Shown here: positions 54,595 through 64,000 of the stretch, piece by piece
Layout of the letters: the number at the start of each line of letters is the position of its first letter
How positions within the stretch are numbered: the first letter of the stretch is position 1
Assembly: GCF_009914755.1 (NCBI RefSeq)
Contig: NC_060930.1
Reading direction: 5' to 3' (one strand)
Length of the DNA: 64,000 bases
DNA from: the human T2T-CHM13v2.0 reference genome, Homo sapiens
The notes under the pieces: model-generated
The model's input: the letters and a program-made list of their open reading frames with translations, nothing else
Database searches by the model: none
Told to the model about the DNA's origin: nothing
Translations under genes and position numbers: made by a program

Positions 54595-54737
54595 CGTTTG
54601 CTCATTGCCTTCCCCTGTGGAAGGCTGATAAGTGATCCTATATTTCTGCACACGACCACTAGCAGGATCCCACTTAACAGTCAGGCTGTTAGATGTTGCA
54701 TTGTACACTTGAAGGTTTCGTGGGCCACTTTTGGGAG
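54595..54737 (-). CDS. COL12A1: exon 31, FN3 first half ([11 protein letters not shown]...GNEQT)
   Basis: AG/GT bounded, 143 nt, phase 1-0. Confidence 0.95.
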
Positions 54738-54897
54738 CTGAAAGAAGATTGTTGAAAAACTGAGTAAGCAGACAGAACAATGCCTCCCCCTAAAATATAT
54801 ACAGCTCCCAAGGCAATCAGAGAATTCTATGCCTCTGGGTTTATAATTAAATTCGTTCCCTTAATAAAAATGGTTATTGATTCTTAAATGACTCCTT

Positions 54898-55296
54898 AGT
54901 ATGGACTTTCATTTTGCTTCTGTCCCTGCAAACGTGACATGTTGAAGTTCCAACTTCCAATATGATGGTATTGAGAGATGGGGCCTTTGGGTGGTAATTA
55001 GGGTTAGATTAGGTCATGAGGGTGGGGCTGCCATAATGGGATTAGTCTTTGTAAGAAGAGACATGAGAGAGTTTATTCTCTCTCTCTCTCCTCCACGTGA
55101 GAGAGTGAGAAAATGAGAGAGACCGAGAAAGGGGCTGGCTAGCTATAAGCTGGGAGGAAAGCCACCACCCAGAAACGAATTGAATAGCACCTTGGTCTTG
55201 GACTTCTCAGCCTCCAGAATTGTGAGAATATAAATTTCTGTTATTTATGCCATCCAGTCTAATCTTTTGTTATGGCACCCCAAGCTGATCAATACA
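54898..55296 (+). mobile_element. ERVL-MaLR solo LTR (MLT1A-like)
   Basis: atgatggtattg.g.gatggggcctttggg.ggtaattagg...cttggacttc.cagcctccagaa.tgtgaga...ttgttatggca...aataca. Confidence 0.85.
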
Positions 55297-55477
55297 CTCC
55301 AAAACAAGTAGTAGCAAAGCAAAGTTTTTCAAGAAAAGCCTATGTAAAAGAGTTCTCAATGAACATCTTAGGATTTAAAAGCAGATGACCTATTTATTAT
55401 GTATCTTATGGTACTTTTCATTTATACATTCATTCATTATTTGTTCATTCAAACAATTCATCAAATTAAATTCTTAC

Positions 55478-55498
55478 CTTGTGTTGTTAAGATAGGCA
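55478..55498 (-). CDS. COL12A1: exon 30, 21-nt microexon, inter-FN3 linker (L)PILTTQ(A)
   Basis: ttttcttttag|TGCCTATCTTAACAACACAAG|gtaag; phase 1-1. Confidence 0.9.
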
Positions 55499-55605
55499 CT
55501 AAAAGAAAACAGAATTTGGGAACACATTACTAATATAGCTGTAGCCCTATTTTTTAAAAATTAACTTTAAAATATCAATGTCCTATTTGAAAGCTAAACA
55601 CCTAC

Positions 55606-55738
55606 GTGTGCGCTCACTGCCAATCAGGTCATCACTTTCTGACTCATCAGGATAGATGGCAGTAATGGAAACTTCATAGATGGTGTTGGGGTTCAGGTTT
55701 TCGAACACCAAAGTGTTTTCATCTCCATTTAAGATGGT
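55606..55738 (-). CDS. COL12A1: exon 29, FN3 second half (TILNGDENT...LIGSERT)
   Basis: AG/GT bounded, 133 nt, phase 0-1. Confidence 0.95.
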
Positions 55739-55979
55739 CTTGGAGAAAGAGGACAAAAACATACCCACGCAAAAGTAAGTCTCCACTTACATCATACACA
55801 CTCAATGGCAGTTTATTCACATTATTTAGCCAGATGTTCCTCCTGCTCTGATGCATGTCATGAGCTCAAATGTCAATAAATGCTTATTGACAACAAGAGT
55901 AATACTTCTTTGAACTAAGCTTCCCTACAAATTAAATGGGACATGAAAGACAGAGAGAAAGATAAAGAGAGTTAACTAC

Positions 55980-56119
55980 CTCCATCTTATCTGAGTTTCC
56001 AAAAGGTGCCCAAGTTATTCTGTAGAGAGACACATCTGAAGCTCCATGATCCCAAGTCCCTCTGAAACCCTCTGATGTTACTTCAGTAATCTTTAAGTTT
56101 GTTGGGGCTGGCACGGGTC
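55980..56119 (-). CDS. COL12A1: exon 28, FN3 first half ([12 protein letters not shown]...FGNSDKME)
   Basis: AG/GT bounded, 140 nt, phase 1-0. Confidence 0.95.
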
Positions 56120-57532
56120 CTATCATGAGAAAAGGCAAGCAGACTAAGTTTTTGAATGTGAGCTGCAAATGCAATTTAATATAATAAAAACTGCCTTGTT
56201 TTATATTAATGGACATCTGAAAACTGATTGAATACATTGCTTAGAACCAAATATTTCACCAATTCCTAGAGCTCTGGAAACTGCAAGCATTCTGTGGATA
56301 TAATAGGTTATTAAGGATATTCTATTTAAATGATTATTTTTTTAAGATACCATTTAGTACCTTTCTCCAACTTTTTAAGAATCAAATCAACACTATGGAC
56401 TCTTTCACACAGCAATACACAATACACAAAGCACAAACTTGGCCACATATCAGAGAGTTAATGGACCTTCTCCAGTCTATCAATAACCCCAAAGACACAC
56501 ATAGACTCTGGGTTAAGAAGTCCTTATTAACCGAGAATGTCATAAACTAGGTATGCTAATATATTATACATTAAAGATGATGCTCAAGGAAATAGTTATT
56601 CATTTATTGTTCATAATTTGTTGTTCTGATACCCAAAGGAAACAGTTTCATTTTTATTTTTTAAAAACACACATACCACTGCAGTTTAAAAATGAGAATG
56701 TCTGCCTAGCTGTAAACAACACTAAAAGTATTGCACTCTGACAATTGATTAGAACATACATACATACTGCTACACATACAGTGAATTCCAATCTAGGAAT
56801 ATTGCCACAGGAAAGGAACTCTGAGCATGTTACGATCCAGGTAACCCACACATAGCTTCTTCCTATAGATCACTAACCTTAAACATGATATGAAGCAGAA
56901 CATGCTGACCCTGTTCAGAGAACTGAACACCTGGAGACCCAAATGACTGCTGAAATCCCCTTTCACAACCCCTCCATTGACCAGGTCCTCTGGCTGTTTT
57001 GCAGCACAAGCATTTTTTTATGTCTGCCACCATTCCTGAGCTTTCATTGTCACTTATTTCTCTATTTTCTGGTAACCAAAGCTAATTACACAAACCCCAG
57101 AGCCATTAAAAATTTGTTCTAATAATTACAATGAAAAGGCCCATTGAGATAAAGAGAGTGGTACTATTTCCACCAGCAAAACTGCAAAACAAAGCAGCAT
57201 TAAGAATGTACTTTAAATGTATCTGAAAATTATTTGGAAATCTTAAGGGAAAATATATATTAAAAATATTAATCTACTATACTGAATTACCTGTCTCACT
57301 AGCCTTTCTTCCTGACTTCCTTTTCTGTTCACTACACCTGTTACGTTATTTTTATGCAAAGCTGTCGTCTACTGATGCATATGCATCAATTCTCAGCTCC
57401 AGCCATGACCCTTACAAGGTAAGAACTTAAGCCAGGAAAATAAATGAAATTGCTAAGAGATCTCACATGGTAAGAAAATAGCAGAGTCAAAAAGGGAGAA
57501 GTGGTTATGTCTGAAGTTAAGAAGCAGGTTAT

Positions 57533-57836
57533 GGCCAGGCACTGTGGCTCACGCCTGTAATCCCAGCACTTTGGGAGACCGAGGCGGGCGGATCACGAGG
57601 TCAGGAGATCCAGACCATCCTGGCTAACACGGTGAAACCCCGTCTCTACTAAAAACACAAAAAATTAGCCGGGCATTGTGGTCGGCACCTGTAGTCCCAG
57701 CTACTCCGGAGGCTGAGGCAGGATAATGGCGTGAACCTGGGAGGCGGAGCTTTCAGTGAGCCGAGATCGTGCCACTGCACTGCAGCCTGGGTGACAGAGC
57801 GAGACTCTGTCTCAAAAAAAAAAAAAAAAAAAAAAA
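57533..57836 (+). mobile_element. AluY
   Basis: Y diagnostics, long A-tail, TSD aagcaggttat. Confidence 0.92.
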
Positions 57837-58011
57837 GCAGGTTATAACATTTGACAAGATGCCCTAATTAGGTATAGGCAGCTGGGCACTAAAGAACATG
57901 CCATTGAGCCTTTGGTGAGGAATTTTCTGGAAAGGAGGAAAAGGTTCCAGACTATAGTATCAGTCCCATCAATAGGTTACTGGATGTGGCTGGGCAAGTT
58001 GCTTAAATTTC

Positions 58012-58350
58012 TAGACCTGTGCTGTCCATAATGGAAACCACTAGCCACATGTAGTTGGCTATTGAACACTTAAAATGTGGCTAGTCTGAATTGAGATGTG
58101 CTCTAAGTGTAAAATACACACTGGATTTTGAAGAACTGTTACAGAAAAAAGGTAAAATGTCTCGTTAATAATTATTGTACTGATAGCTGTTGAAATTATA
58201 ATGGATATATTTGGATATACTGGGTTAAATAAAACATTATCAAAATTAATTTCATCCATCTATTTTTGCCTTTTTTAATGTGGACACCAGAAAATGTAAA
58301 ACTACATATAAAACTCCCATTATTTTTGTTTGGAACACTGCTGGCTCTAG
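58012..58350. mobile_element. MER33/MER3-like hAT-Charlie element
   Basis: gctgtcca...ccactagccacatgt...ttaaaatgtggctagt...ttggaacactgctg; flanked by ctag. Confidence 0.75.
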
Positions 58351-59189
58351 GCCTCAATGTTTTTTTTACTACTATTTGCTTTATGTAATGGGCTGAGCAC
58401 TGGATTAAGTTATTATGTGCCAGGCACTGGAGACACAAAGTTGAGCAAAATGTCTCTTCCTTCATTAGGAGAGAGCAAGGGGGAAGTAGAATCCATAGCA
58501 AAAGACCAACAGGCAATAATGACTGTGTTAAATACTATGGAGAAACCATGAGAGGGAGAGGAACTGACATCTCCAGGAGCTGCAGCAGACGGAGCAGGAA
58601 GCAGGGTCTGGGCAGGCTGCCCGGTATCCCCCAGCACTCCACTTACAGTGCAGTCGCCCCTTCCTCTGAAATCTGACAGCACACAATTTCAGTGCCACCT
58701 GACCTACCTTACATGATCCCATGTATTCTCAGTTAATTTTTTCTTATCTCCACAACTAAATCATGAACTGGTGAGGGCAAAGATGCTTATATTTTGTTAC
58801 CCTTGATAACACTTCACGTATAGTAAAATACCCCAAAAAATTATAAATAATGCATCTTTTCCAAAGCAAATGTGCAACATACGTCAAGAAAACTTGCCCA
58901 CCCCACTACACATACATGCACACACATACACAGGTGCACATCAAGTAGTTGTAGTTGGAAGATAAATTAATGACAGTGGCTGATGGAAAGTATCATAAAA
59001 GGAATGGATGCAAAGATAGAAGATGGGACACCTTGTTACAAAAAAATAAGTGAAAAACAATCTATGAATCCAAGCATTATTAAACACTGGCAAAGGTAGC
59101 ATTAAGAAACAAAATGACCCAGTAAATTGTGTTACACATGCATGTAAAGTGTTGTTTCCCATTATCAGTGGAGCAGGAGCACAACTCAC

Positions 59190-59319
59190 GGGTAGTTTCT
59201 TGAGCAGTCACTGGAGGAGACTCCCCCTCGTCATGTACTGCAGAAACGCTGACTGTGTACAAGGTCTGTGAGAAGAGGTCTTTGAGGGAAGTGCTGGTCT
59301 CTGATCTGTCCACCTCTAC
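59190..59319 (-). CDS. COL12A1: exon 27, FN3 second half ([10 protein letters not shown]...AQETT)
   Basis: AG/GT bounded, 130 nt, phase 0-1. Confidence 0.95.
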
Positions 59320-60409
59320 CTATAACAGTAACAGAGCAGTGGAACTACTTTTACAAAGGGTTTACTTTTGACATCTCTCTGTTGTTTACTGTACCTGTCA
59401 GCGTAAGAATATAAAATTGTGATCAGAAAAGAGCAGTGTTTTCCAATATACATGAGAATCCAGAAACTGGACACAGTTTAAATATTTCCAAACTGGAAAA
59501 AAAATGTATGTACTAGATCATATGGCACATGACTCTCTAGAAAATAATTACTGCCTATGTATTCAAAAAACCTAACCATTTTTCCACCTGTTTCCCTTTA
59601 TATCACTGCATTATTTCTTTCAGCAATGGTCTCTTACGCACAGCATTACTTCATTTGCTATGCACAAGAATCTTGTGAGATCCACTGGCCATTGTACCCC
59701 TTTTAAATGGAAATGCAGAATGAAATAAATGTGTGCACATGTATAAAGTAGCTTTTGTATAATCCACAAATGACCAGCAGAACCAGTCACTGAGTGCTTA
59801 GAGAAATGACTCCTATGTTCCAAAAATGCCTCTGAGATTCTGACATTAATACTCCCTCAAGCACACACAAGTTTTGCTGGTTCATGAAGCCCTTCTAATT
59901 TGCTCTAACTTTGAATCCGGTCATCACGGAACTCCCAAAAGAACACTCCCAAAAGGACACCCCTCTAACAACATACTTCTCCTTTCTCTGTGTCCTTCTC
60001 TAGTGTCCTATCTTCCTGTTATCTGACAAACTGCTCCTCTTCATTGCTGCAACCTCTTGCTACCTTTTATTTTTAGAAACATGACATTTTCTAGTAATTC
60101 TTAGAATAGAAAGCCATATAAGGAATCTGGATGGGAAGGAAATACCATTTAGATTTGATAACTTTTTATCTACCAAGGGATGATCTTTTTGAGATTAATA
60201 TCACACAGCAAAACATTTCTGTTTTGACAAGACAGTCCAATATATCATTGATTTTCAAAAACTGCTTTATTAATATCACAAGTTTTCAACACTGTGTTAA
60301 CAAAGTGACAAGTATTCAAAACATGCTATCATCCATACTTGATAAAGTTCTTTTTTTAAACCTACTAGGAAAACAAATATTTTCATATCTACTATCATCT
60401 TCAACCTAC

Positions 60410-60546
60410 CTCTTTGACATCCTCTTCTGGTGTTTTGTATCGAACAATATATTTACGCACTTTTCCAGGCACAGGTTCCCAAAAGACATTCATAGTGCTG
60501 TGAGTCACATCTCTGAGTTTCAGATCCTGAGGTCTGGGTAAAGGCA
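60410..60546 (-). CDS. COL12A1: exon 26, FN3 first half ([17 protein letters not shown]...EEDVKE)
   Basis: AG/GT bounded, 137 nt, phase 1-0; not in ORF track. Confidence 0.95.
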
Positions 60547-62483
60547 CTAGAGAAGCACGAGATATTAAATCCAGATGTGCTTCTCAACCACAAAGCTCCA
60601 AAGCATCCATGCAAGCTTTCAAGAAGTTGTTTGGAGAAAATTTAAAGGTGTTTGGCAAAATAACTGAAAAAAATGATTATGATGATAAAAGTACCATGAT
60701 TCTACCAGATAGACTGAATTCTTCTTAAGAAGGTTTTTCAAAAATAGAATATATTTAATTTTTTGTTATCACAAGGCTAACTTCTCAATTATATATTACT
60801 CTTCTTCCACATTATTTAAATAATCTCTTGCTGCTCAACCCCATAATAAATCATAATTCATCATAAATGTACAGCTCATGTTTCTTTATCAGATATTTAA
60901 CTCAAGACAGAAAACAAAATCAATAGAGTTATGCACCCTCAAGAACGTGACAGAAAAAAATAGTTACAGAGTGAAGAATGAAGATGAGCCCAACATTAAG
61001 CATCCAATAAGCTTATAAGAAAACCCAGACACCTAAATTGTTAGAAGAAAATCCAAATGGTAAATGTTTACCAAATCTAACATAACTTTCCATTATAAAA
61101 GGGGGAAGGAGGATACGGAATGAGGAGATTTTCTCCTGTAATATGAGATGTATTTCACTCTTTCCAGCTGCCCATTTGACTAGTTTAACTTGTCTCTCAT
61201 TCTGACTCTTTACATCTGTCTTCCTAACTCTCTAGCTCCACTTCCACATTTCTGCGCCTCCATCTCTTCAACATTTTTATCTTGTGTATCTCTCTCTGCC
61301 CTCCATTCCTCTACTGTTCCAGTCCAGCACCATACCCAAGTTTGTGACCATATTTGTTTTTAATCTCACTGTGACTTTGGGTCTCCTCTCTCAGCACTTT
61401 CAGAACATGAGTCTCTATCCCTGGCTGACTCCCCATTCCTTCCATCTGCCACTATCCCATTTTCACAAAACCACCAGCCCCAGACAAGATCTAACATATA
61501 AAGGAGGATTAATAAATATTTGTTTGTTGTCAATTAATTTACACTAACCCATCCTGTAGGGGATCTTTCTCTTCTCTGCCCCATCATGCTCTGTTTCCTT
61601 AGTCCCTTTTTCCTCCTTGAAGTGCCTTCAAAACTCTTCATTTTCTCAGAAGTGTGGGCCAAGACTCATTAAATTTAAGCCAGCTCATCTATCCCAGCAT
61701 GTCAATCTCCCCAAGCATGAAGCAAAATACCAGCTGGGTAAGGCAAGAGGCAGTAAGTGGGTAAATGCAATCATTGTCACGCTTCAAGAAAAAAGCACCT
61801 AAATGCTTAGTAAAACAAGTCAGAAGTACACAAAAGGCTGACCAACACACACAAGAGAAATGCAAACCAGGAAGGAGTCCATATGGTCTATACTGCTTTG
61901 TATAATTTCACAGTGGTATTCCCAACATCTAGCCCAGTGACTGGCATATAATAGGGGATCAATATATCTTTGCATTGGGTAAATTGATTAATTCACTTAA
62001 CTGAAACAGACTTAATCATATGTGCCACAGAGTTTCTACATCAACAAGAACTTGGAGCACCTTGATATTAAACCCAATGTCTTCCTCCAAAATTACACTC
62101 ACTCAACATTCCCATTCTCATCAATGCTATATGTCATATTTCATGGATCTAGGATAACATCATTCATAAGATGCACCATTGTCTTATGCTGTACATTCTG
62201 ATTGGCACCTAGCCAAGAGCAATAATAGTAAGACACCATTGATTGTAAAACACTTCAATTTCAGGCATGTTCAATGTGAAAAAAATACACATCCTCGAAT
62301 GAATTTGAGATGCCTCCATAAATCTAGAATTGAGACATTTATTCTCAAATTTGATTGTCAAAAGTAATAACTGTGACTTTGTATATAAATTATCAAATTA
62401 TTGTTAGCATCACATGAAATAAATTCTAATGAACATTATGCTCACAGCAATAAGAAGGGAAATAAAACTAAGCAGTAGCTTAC

Positions 62484-62613
62484 AGGTGACTTCCCGAACA
62501 GTGACAGGTTCACTAGTGAGGTCGTGCAGGACAGCCTGGACTGTGACTGCATACTCCGTGTTGGGAACAAGGTCAGTCAGCTGCATGTCATTCACTGTTG
62601 GCCCCAAACGCAC
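62484..62613 (-). CDS. COL12A1: exon 25, FN3 second half ([11 protein letters not shown]...VREVT)
   Basis: AG/GT bounded, 130 nt, phase 0-1. Confidence 0.95.
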
Positions 62614-62762
62614 CTGCACATGGATATGTGGAGCAGAAATAAGATATTCAAATCAAACTTTTCCATTTACCTTTGGAATAGTCAACTGAAGTTTATTTGT
62701 ACTAGATTATAATACAGCTTGTATTTTTCATTTATAAGATTACATCTCCTTTTCCATGCTGA

Positions 62763-63088
<326 letters not shown>

Positions 63089-63259
63089 GTCCATGCCAAT
63101 GTTTTCTACAATGTGTTGCAGACCACAAACCTACTTTTCTATTTTTCCATTTTGTACGTAAAGTTATAAATGAGTTTGTAAGTAACTGCAGTATAATAGG
63201 CACTATAAAGCTATAAAGTCTTGGGAAGACCCAATGTTAAAGAAACAAACATCTTTCAC

Positions 63260-63402
63260 CTCTTTGGGTCTTGTTGGCTCTGTGTCCTTAACAGGTTTGT
63301 ATGACAAGATGTAGCCAGTAGCTCCTCCCACAGGCTGCCACTGCACATGCATGGTGGTAGGGCCAACATCATAAATATTCAGGCTGACTACAGGCACTGG
63401 CA
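63260..63402 (-). CDS. COL12A1: exon 24, FN3 first half ([16 protein letters not shown]...TRPKE)
   Basis: AG/GT bounded, 143 nt, phase 1-0. Confidence 0.95.
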
Positions 63403-64000
63403 CTTCCAAAACAGAAAAGCAGACCATCAGTCTAGTTCCTTTCATTCCACTCATTTTTAACCATTGTTTTGTACTCAATTATTGATATTTGTATATACTA
63501 GACAGTGGGTTACTGTGAGAAATCAATAAGAGTTAATATAATCCTTCCCATTGCCCCAAAAAATCCAATTTACATTGCTCATTGCACTTCATATTCAAGA
63601 CTGCACGTTACCACTATCTTGTAGAAGGAAAATGTTAAAGTTCAGGTGTCAAATGGCATTCCAGTGAGTCTCTACAATAGATACCAACTTCCTGATACGT
63701 TACTCTCTTTTTCTGGAACATCACTAAGTTGACTATTTCTATTCTTCAATCACAGAACTTTATATATATGTAATCAACACTATTTTTTATATTTCTTCAA
63801 AAAATAAATTTAAAATAAGAACACTATACATTAATAACTGGAACATCAGGGATTTATAGGCTTCTTGAAGATAAACCCATGAAGCAGAGGAAAAAGTTTA
63901 CAATCTCCCTATAACACCCATATTGCTTCCAATTATTTTTTGTTCAAAGATTGAGTTCAAAGTTTTAAGAAATTATCATATTAATCCTGCCAGTTATAAA

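Overview
This is human genomic DNA (it carries human-specific AluYb8 and AluYa5-type insertions). It contains the 3' half of COL12A1 (collagen type XII alpha-1, a FACIT collagen) on the minus strand. I resolved 43 coding exons by hand, numbered 24-66 by counting back from the terminal exon and assuming the 66-exon, 3063-aa model. They splice into one uninterrupted 4775-nt frame encoding nine FN3 repeats, a Pro-rich hinge, the fourth vWA domain, the TSPN/LamG domain, COL2, NC2, COL1 and NC1, followed by a ~2.2-kb 3'UTR ending near 1500. I found no new protein-coding gene or wholly new system. The most notable structure is the terminal-exon switch. An alternative coding exon for the long, 74-aa NC1 (2366-2541) lies inside the 3'UTR of the short form. 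Its acceptor has no polypyrimidine tract and is preceded by (UG)11 and a hairpin. The segment it splices out holds two AATAAA hexamers and several miRNA seed matches. Also notable: a GC-AG intron, a 21-nt microexon, a ~440-bp direct repeat flanking collagen exon 59, two very young Alus in intron 59, inverted Alus around an all-phase-0 exon block, AP-1/TEAD motif clusters and a weak C/D-box candidate. Repeat family names come from recognition by eye, not RepeatMasker.
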